From positions 2,468,927 through 2,532,926 of the forward strand of contig MU053513.1 of NCBI GenBank assembly GCA_013239625.1: 64,000 bases of DNA. Direction: 5' to 3'. A program made the position numbers and the translations under genes. Position 1 is the stretch's first letter, and each line of letters starts with the position of its first letter. Below, one piece after another: positions 22,619 to 35,730 of this stretch. Source of the DNA: Lama guanicoe (lineage: Eukaryota). The notes beneath the pieces are model-generated. The model was not told the DNA's origin. It was given only the letters and a program-made list of their open reading frames with translations, and did not search any database.

Positions 22619-25600
22619 CATGGAAATCGCTCTTGAGAGTTTTCAAAGCATTCAAATGCCTCAGGCCACTCGAATTTCCCAACAACTTTGCGAGGTAGGG
22701 AAACGCATGGTTCCCAGACGAGGCTGGGCAGCCCCTACTCACGGTCAGATCCTCCAGCCTCTCCAGCTGTTATTTATTCCAAACAGAAACATCTTTGTCA
22801 GGGTCCCTCCCCTTTTCCTCACTACTGACTTGTTGAGATATCTGTCTCCAGATGTAGGTTGTGAGCAGTTGAACTCAGAAATTTTGTATTATTCATCTTT
22901 GTTTTCCCAGATTCTGGCACACAGTGGGTGCGTGAGGGTGGACATGGCAAATTTTTGTTGGTGGGGGGCAGGTCATAAAACTGACAGACCCGTGAAGTTT
23001 GGAGAAATTGAAGGGAGGCCAACAACTATAGGGCGAGACCAGGAACTTCAGTAGAAGGAGTTTTTCATATTAGGAATTGATTTTTGTTTTAATTGTTCAC
23101 AATATCTCAAAGGAGAACGGGGAAAGGCAAATAGGGGCAAACACTGGGATCCGGTAAAATGAAGCAAATTTCCCCTCCAAATGTGAGAGAGAAAGGACCA
23201 TGCCTGCATGCCATGCCCCAGTGCCACGATCTGAGAGCTGAGTGAGCACACGTGCTGGAAAGCTCGCTGTGTTCCTGGATGAGCCGGGAAGTCAGGGGTG
23301 AGGCTGGCCCGACATCAAGGAAGGCCGGTCTTTTTGTCCTTTTTCTGCTTCACACACATAAGGGGTAGCAGCTGCAAGAGGGAAAGCCAGTTAAAGAGTT
23401 TTCAAAATGAATTTAAAAGTGCATTCTTGAGTGTCCTTGCAATATTTCCGCTAATGTAAAAAGCATAATTGATCTATATGCATCTTTCTGCTGCTCTTCC
23501 CAAGCTAATTGATATCATTCTTACGTCTTTGTCCTTTTTGTTTGGAAATATCGCACATGCCATTTAAAACAGCTGATTTTATTTAAGCAGCATTGAAATG
23601 TTACACTTTTTAAACAGTCGCCTTTTTAAAAAAGTCAGCTTGAGCCTTGCCTCCTCATTCAAAGACCGAAACTTGTGACTAGTGAATTTCTTTTTATCTG
23701 TGGAAACTATACTTCATTTCTGCATAGTTAAGGGCACAACGAGATGTGTGTGACCTTGAGCAAGATACCAAGTCTCTCCAAGCCCCCGTGGTCTCATCCA
23801 TGCAAGGGCAATGGTAGTACTGCCCTCCTCAGAGGGGCCATTTGAAAGATTAAATCAAATAAAGATGAGACGATCCAATATGTAGATAGCATTTTTTTGT
23901 ATTTAGCATCTTTTAATGTACTTAATCCTCACGACAGCCCTCTCAGTTAGCTACTGTTACATTGTCCTTTTACAGATGAGGGAACTGAGGCACAGACAGG
24001 CAAAGCCCACCCACGATCACATAGTTACTAAGTGATAGTGTCACTATTTAGACACTCACCATAATGAACTTTAAAAAAAAAACCTGTTCATTATTATTAT
24101 TGTTAAAATGAAATCTTGACTGGAGGCTCATTATATGAGTTAAAATTGGAGCAGTTCTGGCTGAGGTAGGAGGGGGAAGCCCAGAGCTCGTCCTCCAGCC
24201 TGAGGTGGCCGTGGTGGCCCCCCTAAGTAGAACTTGGAGACCACCTGCCTTCCTGATGCTGGGAGAGAAAAACAAACATTAATAAAAAATGAAAACAAAC
24301 TGATGGATTCTCACGCATGCCTTGTATGTCCCATAGGACACTTCAGCGGTAACTACCTGTCCTGCCATTCCTCAAAGAAACCGCTGCATCTCCTGAGATG
24401 ACAGTCAAGACAAGAGCCTGTGACAGCAGGTTTTGAGTGTCTGCTTTTATGAGATCCAGACAAGGGTAGGTGAGTGGCCCAACCAGATAATTTTGCATTA
24501 AAGTTTGTACTTATCAACTTAAATTGTTTGAAGAATATGCATTTGTTCATTCATTCAGCAAACAGTCACAGGGCAACAAGGCATGTATCAGACACGGATC
24601 CGGCATTTAGAGTTGCCCCTGAAGGAGAAACCCAGGTGTATACGCTTTCACCTCCTCCCCCGAGTCATCTCACGTGGGCCCTGCAGGTGTCCCCGGCCCT
24701 GCTGTGTGAAGTCCAGAGGACCACTTCTCGGTTGCACCTTCTCAATCCAGACCCTAACGTCCTTCCCCATGTATTCTTACATATTCTGCAGTGTTTCTAT
24801 CTTCATTTCCCATCCAGGAGTGCGTCATTTCATTCTGTGTTTTCAGAACCTCCCTTCCACTCCCTTCCAACCGGGGCTGACTTCTCCTATGAATTTATTT
24901 CCCTTTCCAAGTCAGATAGAAGGCTGGGATTCTCTTCAACATGGTGTCTCTGAAGGGGCAGGGCTGCCACAGCACCTAACTTGGAAGACGATCACGAGGC
25001 TTGATCTCTGTAACTCATTGAACACCTGGCACAGGCCCTGGCACATAGTAGGTCCTCAGGTACATCTGATCTCCCCTCTTGTTTAAGAAATTATATACTG
25101 TGAGATCATTTACAATTTATGCATAGGTATACATCAAAGTCTTAAAAATATGGAGGTCATTTCTTCCTTTGGTAAGTTATCATCAAATAGAATTTATGAA
25201 TCCTCAGATTCATGGCTTGCAAGGAAAGGTAAAAAATTGAGGCAATGAAGCTCCATTCCATACTTTGGCTCAGAACTTCTTTCACACAGATTTTTGTACC
25301 TAATCATAATATTTTGCAGTTGTAAAACTTCTTTTCAACTTGGACGTTTGCTGCCGGCTTGGCATTGTTTCATGCTTATGTCAACTAGCCGTATGTACCA
25401 ATGAGTCGAGTTTTAATTTTGCACATATAAATTTGGTCCCTGCATTTATACATGTCATAAGTAGAAAGGCTAATTGAAAAGTGATGAGATTTGAATTTAA
25501 GTGACTTGATGTGCAGGGGGCTCCTAGGACTAATTAATTCATTGCTTTACCTATCTAGCATTTATGGAGAGCCTACACTGTGACACCCAGCACGCTGACA

Positions 25601-25761
25601 GCTGATGATACAAAGATGAAAGAGTTTCCCGGGAAGCTCACAGGCAACCAGTGGAGACAGTTCCACAAAAGATTGCCGTGTGGTGTGTGAAAAGTGCAGT
25701 AATAAGGGCGTGTCCGTGGTATGGTGGTAGCAAAAAAGCAGGAGCAATCACTTCATTCAGC

Positions 25762-26250
25762 TGTCAAGTATGGGGTGATGAGTCCAGCAGATCAGGAGAT
25801 GACTGCCACTGAAGGACAGTTTGTAGTACTGCCAAGAGAAGGGGCAGGTTAGGCCACATGGGGCCACATGGGACAGCTTCAGGATTGGTCAGGAGGTAAG
25901 GGGAGGACGGGATGTGGGCAGAAGCCTTTCTTATGGTCGAGCTAGGCAGGGTAAGCAAGTTTAGGACTGGCTAGTTGAAAAACTTCAGTGGGCTCGGGGG
26001 CACAGGGGCTGTCCCTTCCTGTCTGGTGGCTGGTCCTGGGGTGGTCAGGGCAGGAGGATGAGAGCTGGTAAAGGAGAAAGCTGGGCGGTCTGGGCTTAGT
26101 TTGTGTGTGAAAGGCATGCTCCTGGGCTCGTTGTTGACTGTCTCTCTTGAGGAATTGGCTAGCCCTTGGAGGAGCAGTCCCTCCAGAATCAGCAAGGCCC
26201 CAAATATCAAAGCATCAAAATACACAAAATGAAGACTATGGTTAATGCAA
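25762..26250 (-). mobile_element. Solo LTR (MER77/MER54-like)
   Basis: Characteristic blocks cagggtaagcaagtttaggactggctagtt and ggaattggctagcccttggaggagcagtccctccagaatcagcaaggcccc. Subfamily uncertain. Confidence 0.65.
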
Positions 26251-26844
26251 CCACATGGAGCCTAAACCGAGAGACAAAAAGCTTTCTGGACAGAGGATTC
26301 ATTTTATGCAAGTACCCAGGGACCTGGAAGAAAGAACATGTTTGTATTTCAATATATTTGGAGGCGGGAGTCAGGACAAAACCTGAGCAGTGGTGGGGTG
26401 GGGGGTTGGTGCAGGCAAGAGCCAGTTCATGACGTTTGCCTGGCTAAGGAATTTCAACTTTATTTGAAGGTAGTGAGGAATAACTGAAGAATTTTACAAA
26501 GGACGGTGACAATGATCTCAGTTTACTTCTGTTTGGTGAAAATCTATGCTACTAAATCTAAGCTATTTAAAAATTAATGAGGTTTCACATTTCATCTTTG
26601 TAAGATAAACAACATGATGTGTTTACTACTTTCAATGGTTATGTAAAGAATATTTACTCTTTCTCTCCTACAGACAATAAATCTTTGGTGTTCTCTTTCC
26701 AGCATCCTGAAGCAGGCAGGTAGTGTAGCAGAGAGTAGAGTGATGAGGCAGTAGTTAGAGGACCAATATCCTGGTTATTCCACCAGCTGAGTCACCTAAC
26801 TTCTCCAGAGAGAGGCTCAGGGGTTAAGAACATCCACTGGAGCG

Positions 26845-26975
26845 GGTCAGTTAGTGTGGACCTGTCTCTGCCAGTTCTGGATGAATGACCTTGGGCAAGT
26901 TATTTGACTTTGGTCTCAGTTTCCTCATATGTAAAATGGAAATAAAAAGAATACCTATATTATAGGATTGATAAA
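26845..26975 (+). mobile_element. MIR SINE
   Basis: tgaccttgggcaagttatttgactttggtctcagtttcctcatatgtaaaatgga core. Confidence 0.8.
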
Positions 26976-27029
26976 AGAATTTGGATTTGGTTTCCCCATC
27001 CTTCATGCCTCTGTCAACACTATCGCTGT

Positions 27030-27790
27030 TCACACCATTGCCTTGTGCACTATTATGATGGTCTATGCAAGCTTGGACCAGAGAATGTACATCATAGCAG
27101 AATAAAGGGCAATGGGATGATGCTCATGGAAGTCACTGGTCCTATCATCTTCCTCAACCCCCAGGAGCAACCACTCTTCTAAAGGGGAAGAATAGAATAC
27201 TGAAGACTGTTGTTCTTGGCTGAGGCCAGTAACGTTGGTGTGCTGTCCTGTAGGCTGCTGTAAATCAGAGGTCAGAAGCTGGCTCATTGTCCTCCTCCTG
27301 CCCTCTACGACCAAGACACAGACATCGGGGAACCAAAAGCCAAGGGGAGTGGCGCCTTGTGTGATTACATCTAATGCCTCCCAGTAACATTTGTGCTTCC
27401 TGTCCCTGTGCCTCTGAATTCTATTTCTACCAGAAGATACAGTATTTATTCCCATGGATTAAATGCTGCCAATGTTGCTTCGTCTGCTCAGATTCTCCAT
27501 GCCACTACGAAACTGCCTCAAAAAGAGACTGTGTTTCATCTGGGCTTACTGACCTTGAATAGCAAAATAGTGTTGCAGCTACGTATGCAGTGAGAATAGG
27601 GAGAAGTAAGGATGGAAGCAGTAGATGCTTCATGGAGTCTTAATGGAAGACCATCACAACTCCACCCAGGAAGGTCCATCAAGGACTCAGATCCCTCCAG
27701 AATGAAAGTCTGTGTCAATGAACCGGGCAAAGAACCTCAACAAATGGGTTGATGGTTCAAAGCAAAGAGACACAGCATGTGTAACCTTGA
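27030..27790 (+). mobile_element. ERV-L internal fragment (integrase to dUTPase region), degenerate
   Basis: Translates to QWDDAHGSHWSYHLP (from 27110; compare ERV-L WAHAHGIHWSYHVP), FVLPVP, and GRSIKDSDPSRMKVCVNEPGKEP (~27670-27737; compare GRTTNGPDPSGMKVWVTPPGKKP). Confidence 0.82.
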
Positions 27791-28367
27791 GATGTATTTC
27801 CTTTCTTGCTACTCTATAAAGACAGAGAGAGAAGGAGAGAGAGAGACAGAGAAGTTTGGATGGCTGGCTGAATAGATGGCTAGGTATATACATACATATG
27901 TACCTACACATATGTAAATCCTCACCAATAGGAAAATTAGAGCCCAAACTTAAAAAAGTTTGTGTTTTTATAAGGTTCCTAAAAAACAGTATTTACAGTT
28001 GGTCTTTTAGTCACCTTGTAAAAGAAAAAGAAATGTTTTTAATTATTAGTTATGTAGAAAACAGATCAACTTACAAACAGAATATGTCCTATACTCAAAA
28101 CTAGGAAAGTCCCAAATGATTATGACAGTCACGCACTAACACCCTTTCTCCCAATCCCTCTCAGGAATGTAAGAACTTTAGCCCAGCCCAATTCTGGAAG
28201 AGGAGATGGGTGGAGGACAGGAGTCTTTCAGATGCCATTATATGGGCACTGGCATAGTCTTCCTTTTGTTGGGGAGGGTTTAAGTACATTTTATTTTTTT
28301 GGTATGGTTTCGTTATTTTACCTGATAAATGTATTGCTTGAATTAAGCTTTAAAGATGATGGGGTAA

Positions 28368-28775
28368 GTGTTGCTAATTTTCCTGCTTCCCAGAGTCCAT
28401 TCTCCTTTGTTTCCTTTGGGAAATCACCTCTCCCCCATTCGTGTCATGTAGGTGGCAGCCAAGGGGCCCCGCCCGTCTCTAACCAATGAGTGAGTGCGTG
28501 ACTCAGCACACATGTCCTAGGTTAATCAGACCTTCTCTCCCAGGAGTTGAAAACTTGAGAAGAGTGATGCAAAGAAGGAAACAAAAAAGTCAGGTTGAAG
28601 TGGACTCACCCCCTTGGTGACAGCTCCCATGATTGGCTCCTTCTGCCAGAACTCCTGGGGCTGTCCTAATTCTTGACCCTTCTGAGCCCAGTTCTTCTAA
28701 TATTCCATCCATCTTGTAAACCATCCTATATCCTTCCAACAAATTCATTTTGTCTTGTGTTAATCAGAGGTTAGA
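28368..28775 (+). mobile_element. Old MaLR/ERVL LTR (MLT1/LTR40-like)
   Basis: ccattctcctttgtttcctttgggaaatcacctctcccc...ccttccaacaaattcattttgtcttgtgttaatcagag pattern typical of old MLT1-type LTRs. Confidence 0.55.
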
Positions 28776-29033
28776 TCAGACTCCAAGATTAGACTGGAAT
28801 CTAATAACCCTAATTAGGTCAGAATGGAAAAGCTCTTAAAGCAGGCGGGAAAGGGAGATAGACCAACCTGACATAAAGAAGTTGTGAGCAAAGAGGTGAT
28901 GGTCTTAAACGCCTTCATGAATCAGGGTAACCTCAAGTAGCTCAGAACAAAGCATCAGTACAAAATTAATCCTGAAGGAGTTTTTATGCCTGGCAATTTC
29001 CAGTCTGTGGGCTATGGATCTCTAGGGTAGAGT

Positions 29034-29119
29034 GGGGAGATATAGCTTAGTGGTAGAGTGCATGCTTAGCATGCATGAGGTCCTGGGCTCAATCCTCAGT
29101 GCTTTCATTTTTTAAAAAA
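29034..29119 (+). mobile_element. Camelid-type tRNA-derived SINE (Vic-like)
   Basis: ggggagatatagcttagtggtagagtgcatgcttagcatgcatgaggtcctgggctcaatcctcagt (A-box and B-box remnants) followed by a T/A tail. Confidence 0.85.
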
Positions 29120-29230
29120 TGTCTATAAGAACCTAACTTGCAGATTGAATGAAAATCCATGGAATTACTATCATGTGATGTTTTGTGAAAATTTTTAAAT
29201 CATGAGAAGTCTTGCCATTGAGGAGTCGTT

Positions 29231-29377
29231 TATTTTTTGGCTGGGGTTGGGGGGAGGAGGTAGTCAGGTTTATTTATTTACTTATTTTTTTAATGGACGT
29301 ACTGGGGATTGAACACAGGACCTCATGCATGCTAAGCATGCACTCTACCACTCGAGCTATATACCAACCCCACCTCC
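29231..29377 (-). mobile_element. Camelid-type tRNA-derived SINE (Vic-like) with 15-bp TSD
   Basis: Reverse complement of the SINE head with an aataaataaacctgactacctcc tail. TSD aagtcttRccattga at 29207-29221 and 29383-29397. Confidence 0.9.
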
Positions 29378-29779
29378 AGAAAAAGTCTTACCATTGAAAC
29401 TGGGGAATAACTGGTCTAAGGCAGTGGTTCTCAGCTGTAGATTGCTTAACACACTTGCCTATCATGGTGTGAGGGTTATATAGGTGCATTTGCTTCTTTT
29501 ATAAATTAGAACAGATTCAAGGCTGTTCTTTCTATAAATTCATCTCGCCTACTTGCATTCTGATTTGTTTTCTTGAATGGGAGAGAACAGAATTGAATTT
29601 TAAACGCTGCTCCGAGAATTGTATACAATTGTATACAATCCTCGTCTATTCTGTCTCCATCACAGAGCATGGTGAGCCGCTGGTACTGGGGTGACACCAG
29701 GACATTGTCGTGGTGCTCGTGAGCTGTAGTTCCATCATTACTTCCTTTTTATCTTTCATTTTACCCATTGGTACATTTA

Positions 29780-31470
29780 TTATTTATTTTGAAAAAAATC
29801 TTACATGAAAGTTAACAGAATGGTATAAAAATTCCTATATTCCCTTCATCCAGGTTTCCCAGTGGTTAACATATCACTGCATCCACTCTGTCTCCTCTCA
29901 TCTCTCACATGTGTGTATCAGAGAAGATGAAAGGAGATGGCATAGCTATCTATCTCTAAATATAAAATGATCATTCATCTATGTGGTATTCTTGCAAAGA
30001 ATGTGTGCCTGAGTCTAGTGAGGAAACTGGATGGACCCACACTCTGCATTTATTTATCCTAACTCCTCAGTCTCCTTCCATCTGGAATAGTTCTTCAGTC
30101 TTTCTGTCTTTCATATTCACGATAGTTTTAGACAGTGCAGGCCTTTCATTCTATAGGACAGCGTTGCCCAATACAGGAACTAAAAGTACACATTTTTAAA
30201 TTTTCTAGTGGAAACGGAAAAAGAATGAGGAGAAATTAATAATAATATATGTATTTAACCCATTGTTTTCAAAATGTTATCATTTAAAAAATTAATCAGT
30301 ACGAAAAATAATTTATGTTATTTTTTTCATATAAGATTTTCCAAAACCCAGTGCAAATACAGTACATCTCAGCTAGGACTAGTCACAGTCCAAGTGCTCC
30401 ACAGCCCCATGCAGCCAGCGGCCAGCACACTGGACAGTGCACGGTCACCACATCCCACAGTCGGCGACCTCTTGTTGTATCCCCACGATCGGACGCAGGC
30501 CTGCATCCGTCCATTCTTTGTAGAAACATAGCTGGGCTCTTTGTGGCTTGTCACATCAGGAGGCACCAGATGTTGACCTGACTCATCACCGCTGATGTTA
30601 ACCTCCGTCACTTAGTCATGGATACTGTTGTCCAGGCAAAGTCACCATTGTCACATCGTTCAGGCAAAGTCACTGCAAAGTCACCATTGTTTCTTTTGTA
30701 ATTGATAAGTATTCATCCTGTTCCACTTCAAACCGTCATCCACCAGCCTTTACTTCCAAGACAACTTCTGCCCAAATCAACTACCAGTATATTAACTGTC
30801 AGAGGGTGTTTTCTGTTTCTAGCATTCCTTTCTTATTTATTAGTTGGCTTCCTATTGTAAGGAAAAACTTTTCCTTCTTTTCCCTTCATTCACTCACATC
30901 AGCTTGGACTCATGGATATTTATTTTATTCAATAATAGATTTTAATCTGTTCCTGTCAGGATTTATTTTGATGCTTGTAATGGCCCAGATTTGACCAGTG
31001 GAAGCCTTTTTAGGTTGACTTCTCTGTCCTTTTGATGTGTCTTTGTCATTCATTGAGCATTCCTTCAGTTTGGTCCAAAAATACATTCTTGATTCATCTC
31101 ATATTTTCCCTGTCTCACTCTTGGAATTAGTTATTTTCCCAAGGAGCCCTGTTTCCTTCTACTGTAGGATAGAATTTAGAAACCAAGATTTTTGTATGGT
31201 GTGCTTATATATACTGGTGGACAGAGCTAAGATGCATGCATATACATATATTTATATACACATACATTGATATTTACTTATATATCTGTTAACAGACCAT
31301 GAGTTCTCTCTGATACCACCAATTCCAACTGAACACCTTAGAGTTCTTTGTAGTCTTCCCTTTTTCTATACTTTCAGTCCTTCTGATAGTAAGAAACTTG
31401 GCTTCCATTATTTTGAATATATTTACTTATTTGTTCCATCCCACGGCATGTCACCAATCTTTAGATCATA
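29780..31470 (-). mobile_element. Old L1 3' region (L1MC-like), interrupted by MER33
   Basis: L1MC-type 3'UTR blocks (cttgtcacatcaggaggcac, ttggactcatggatatttatttt, cccaaggagccctgtttcctt...gaatttagaaaccaagat). Confidence 0.7.
30159..30443. mobile_element. hAT-Charlie MITE (MER33-like)
   Basis: cagcgttgcccaata at one end and caagtgctccacagccccatgcagccagcggccagcacactggacagtgca at the other, matching MER33/MER3 termini around an AT-rich core. Confidence 0.7.
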
Positions 31471-31729
31471 CCAACTGTTTCTTTGATCCTCAGCCTCATT
31501 GCTGTCTCCTTGGGCTCACAGAAGCTGGTCCCAAAGATATCTCCTTCACATCACTTCCTCTTTGCCCCCCATACCCCCCTACCAACACTCACAGCCACCC
31601 CAAGGCCCTGATGACTTTCAGCCCCTCCCTTCCTTCACCCCAGTCATGCTCCTTCTCAAGGGAAAGGGAAGGGAAGGACAGTGAAAATGAAGCAGAAATG
31701 CTTCTTTTTGTAAATTAAGAAGTTAAGCC

Positions 31730-32700
31730 TAGACTTTGGCTTTTGGGAGCATGGCAGATTAGATATTTTGAAAAACTCACTGACGAATACCTAAGGGATG
31801 GATAAATTAAAATCAAACAAATACAAAAGGTTTTAAATACATTATCAAACATGCAAGAAAGTAAAATAAAATTTCAAAGGCCAGTACCAACCCCTAACAG
31901 CACAATAAATGAAGTAAAATTAAAAATGATACTGATGAAGAGCTGAAATCAGAGTGGTAAATGGACACAGAAAACTGGGCTGTCCTGAGTAGGAAAGGGG
32001 AAAGAAATGTAGTTTCCAGTGAAACAGAGCTTTGAGGATAAGAAATGAGGCCTATGCCCTGCGGGAAGCCTAGCAGGCCAGCCCTGCCCAATTCTGTGTA
32101 CATCTGGGCACCATACGGAGCTTCACCTTCAGTGAAAGACATTGACAGTGAAACTGACCTAGTTCTTCCAAGGGGAAAAGCAAGAGTAACTCCTGAGAAT
32201 CTGCCACCATAGGCCTACTCTCAAGTGGTGTCTGGAGTTTAAATTTACACCCCCTCTGTGGCTAAGAGATTACATTAAACTGGTCCTGGCATCTGAAGCT
32301 TCTGTGTGTCTTCTCTAGGGAAGGCCATTTTAAACCTAAATTTAATATCTAAATTTCAAGATTAAGTTCAGGTAAGTATGAGCTCATGATTAAGGGAAAA
32401 CAAAACAAAACAAAAAGCCCAAACATCAAACATGTTAGAAAGCAAGCCGCCATGTCTGAAAAGCAGCAGAAACAACTTGTCAGAGACTTGGGCTCAATGA
32501 ACTTCACATAGCTGGGTTATCTGGTGTAGACTATAATACCCCTTGTGTGAAATATAGATGAAATTTAAAAAGCAAAGATCAAGAGACTGTCAAAAGCAAT
32601 CAGAAATGTTCAGGAAAAAAATATGTATTAATCATTGAGATTATGAATTACTCAGAAGTATCCAGAATTCTCACACACCACTGGTAGGAGGGTACAAATA
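31730..32700 (+). mobile_element. Old L1 5' region fragment (L1M 5'UTR/ORF1 start)
   Basis: A-rich strand bias and blocks resembling old L1M 5' ends (catggcagattagata, aggcctactctcaagtgg...tttacacc, aaagcaagccgccatg). Confidence 0.5.
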
Positions 32701-33908
32701 CATAAAAGAGTTTAACGCTCTCCTTCAGGGCGAGGTGAGGGGAGCTCCATTTTCTTTAGGGTGCACCCTGCTTTCAGGCATTACTAGGTAAATTGTCATG
32801 AATGACCATTGCTTTGAACTTCTCTGACCAATTTCTCTTGGTTCCACATACAACCAAATCAACTGGGAAGGAGTCTCATGAAGGTCTGAGTTTTTATTTT
32901 TATTTTCTTGTACTTTAAATCCTCTTAGCTTGGTTATATAGTTTGACTCTTGCCATTTTGCGATTTGTTTTGATCTTGGACATACCCTGTTTTTAATCAT
33001 TAAAGGGGGATTAATTTGGTTGCTCCAACATGAATTCCATTCTGTTTTCCAAATCCAATATTCTTTTGAACTTATTCCAGAAACTGCAAAGGAGTCTTGG
33101 TCTCATGATGGAGAGAGCTATTTGGGCCTCTGTAATCTTGGTGTGAGGGAGAAGCTTTCGACTCAGTATTCCACCTCCTTGCTCCCAGTCTCAAGTCTCA
33201 CTTAGAATTTCTAAACGTACCAAAGTGACCTGCTTATTTCTCTCTTATCTCAAGATGGTGATTAAAATTAGCTCAGTGCTGAAGCTCTAAAAGCCTTTGA
33301 ACAGATTTCAGCTGCTCAGTCTATCTTTGATTAGGATATGTTCATTTAGGTGTTCCAACGCCTTTAAAAATCTTCAGTAAATTTCCAAGCCTCTTGCTTA
33401 ACACCACTGACCGATTGCCTTTCCAGCTCCCAGCCCTAAAGGACTCTAAAATCATTTCTCTGACATTCTCATCGACTAATTGGACTTTGATTGGTGTCAG
33501 CGGCTGCCAGCTGTGATAAAACTGTTTTCAGGAAGCTGTGACATTCTGGAGGTGACCTTAGGTCGCTCCCTCACTCTTATAACCGGGGGAGATTTAGAAT
33601 TGAGAGGCGAGTTGATGCTGCGGAGAGTCCTTCATTCAACAAATCTGAATTAAGAACTGATTTTGTGCCAGATATGGCTGGAACAGGGTAAGAACTCACT
33701 TCCTCCTCCAAATTCCCATTGAAAACAACCAATTATTGTAATTGGAAAAGACGGTGAGTTCACACTGAGGGAAGCGCTTTCCAACTTTGAAATCGCTGTG
33801 TAGGGAGGAAGAGTCCATGTGTGGGTGAAGAGGAGATGCAGTGGAAATCCACAGCATCCTCTGACTTACCAGCAGGGGCTGGAGGCCATGGCTCGGGACA
33901 CGGGAGAG

Positions 33909-33952
<44 letters not shown>

Positions 33953-33978
33953 CAGAGACAGAGAGAGACAGAGACAGA
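33909..33978. repeat. Compound (GT)12(GA)10 microsatellite with GACAGA extension
   Basis: Directly visible. Confidence 0.95.
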
Positions 33979-34699
33979 TCGATATTCATCCAGTTCTCAC
34001 AACACCACCATGAGCTACGTACCAGCATCCCATCTTATATGTGAGGAAACCAGCCCCTCACAGTGTCCGCTAAGAGTTTGTAATCGGCTCAGATGATAAG
34101 TTGTGCAGACTCCGAAGGAAGGCGGCTGTGTCAGTTAGAGAAGGGAAGCAAGGGTCCCAGCTAGCTTTCTGGCTGCCGGGACACCTGTGGAAAAGAACTG
34201 CTGGCACAGAGATGAAGTTCCCTGAAGTGATCCACCTGGGGCTGCAGCTTCCCTCTGATTGCCCAGGGGGCAGCCAGACTTCTAATCACAAATAAAACTA
34301 CAGTATATCTAAATCGTCTCTCTTTTTTTTTTTCCTGTGTGTCTTGAGCCTGAAATATTTGATCAGGGACCCATATTCTCTGGGGCAGAGACTGCCTGCA
34401 CAATGCTGGGCAGACACAGCTGTCCCTCTGCAGAATGGGCCGACAGAGCAGCTCACTGGATGTGTGATAAAAAGCAACAGCAGTCCAAAGGATGGCAGGC
34501 GTGCTCGTGCACAGGGCCGATGTTGCCCTTCGAGTCATGGGAAGAGGAAGGAAAATTCTCAGATAACTTCTTATTTCTGTTTTCAGTAAGAGAACATTTC
34601 ATTTACGATGCAAAAGCAGGCAGTCTGGAAAAGGGAAGAGTCTGAAAGTCAAGAATTTATTTCTTGGAGACGAAGAACATCAACTCTGAATTCATGCAA

Positions 34700-35730
34700 T
34701 GGGGGAAGCAGGCAGTGAATTGAATCCAAGAGAAAATGGAATTAATGAATGAGAAGTAAACTTGATAAGTGGTCTCAAGACACTAAGGGAAAGGATAAAG
34801 GAATGGAAGCAATGAGAGAAGAGAGACATGGGACGTGATCTAAGTGAGCTGATACATCATTGAAATATCTTCAGCAGAGGACAGACTAGGTGGAGGGAGG
34901 TAGCGAACAAACAGTAAAAGAAAAATATTTTTAAGTAGAGGAAAAGTTTGAATCTTAGAGTTGAAATAATTGAAGTGATGAGACACATTAGGGCAAAATT
35001 TCTTAGTCCAGTGCTTTCTCAATGCTTTAAAGCATGCAGATTCGAGAGAAGCATTCATTATTATGGAAAATAATCCAGTTGACATCAGAACTCTTTAAAA
35101 ATGAACACTGGAAGAAAACAATGGACCATTGTCCACATAATGACTGCTGTGAAAAGTTTCAGCCTTTGAGTGCAGATTTCCTTCCTCCTTTTATTGGAAG
35201 CAATTTTGAAGACCAAATATCGTGTTCCCAGAATTCTAGCCCCAGATACACTAACCTTCGTATGGGAGGATAGAAGAAAAACAATCTCCAATGTGCGAGG
35301 CTCCAAAATGCGTACTGTTTGTGTAACTTTCCTGGAAAAAATGATTGAATAAGTGCTCCAGTGAACCAAGAAATTAATCATAATAAAGAATTTAGAAATC
35401 AGGAAGATTTATAAAAGAAAACGTGAAAAATGGGGCCAGTGAAATAGCATTAAATTTAGATTACTAATGCTAATGTCGTCATGAAACTTACTGCAAATGT
35501 CAAAAACAAAGGGAACACGAAGCTACGTAATGTCAGAATGTATTAAAAAGATTGAGATCTAAAGTCCTAGATCGTTTCAACAAAAGCTGGTTGTAAGGTG
35601 GAGGCGTAAAGGGAAAAAATTTCACATTTTATAGAAAGAAATACACTGTTTCATGTTTGGTATTGACAGAAATATATATATTTGTATATATATACTTAAA
35701 GTTTTAAGGGTAAACATCAATACAATATGG
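34700..35730 (+). mobile_element. Degenerate L1 ORF1-like element (HAL1-like)
   Basis: IQLTSELF and PRILAPDTLTFVWEDRRKTISN...FLEKMIE (ORF 35170..35352) resemble the L1 ORF1p C-terminal domain (IRLTADFS, PRILYPAKLSF..EGEIKTF). No ORF2 follows. Confidence 0.65.

Noticed and set aside
22024..23054. Overlapping 146-180 aa ORFs on both strands
   Set aside because: They overlap a GC-rich solo LTR; no recognisable protein and no splice structure.
24474..25086. Overlapping 159 and 167 aa plus-strand ORFs
   Set aside because: Built partly from L2 fragments; no homology recognised, consistent with chance open frames.
29034..29105. tRNA-like sequence as a tRNA gene
   Set aside because: Imperfect cloverleaf and B-box, followed by a SINE-type tail, with further diverged copies in the window; it is a tRNA-derived SINE.
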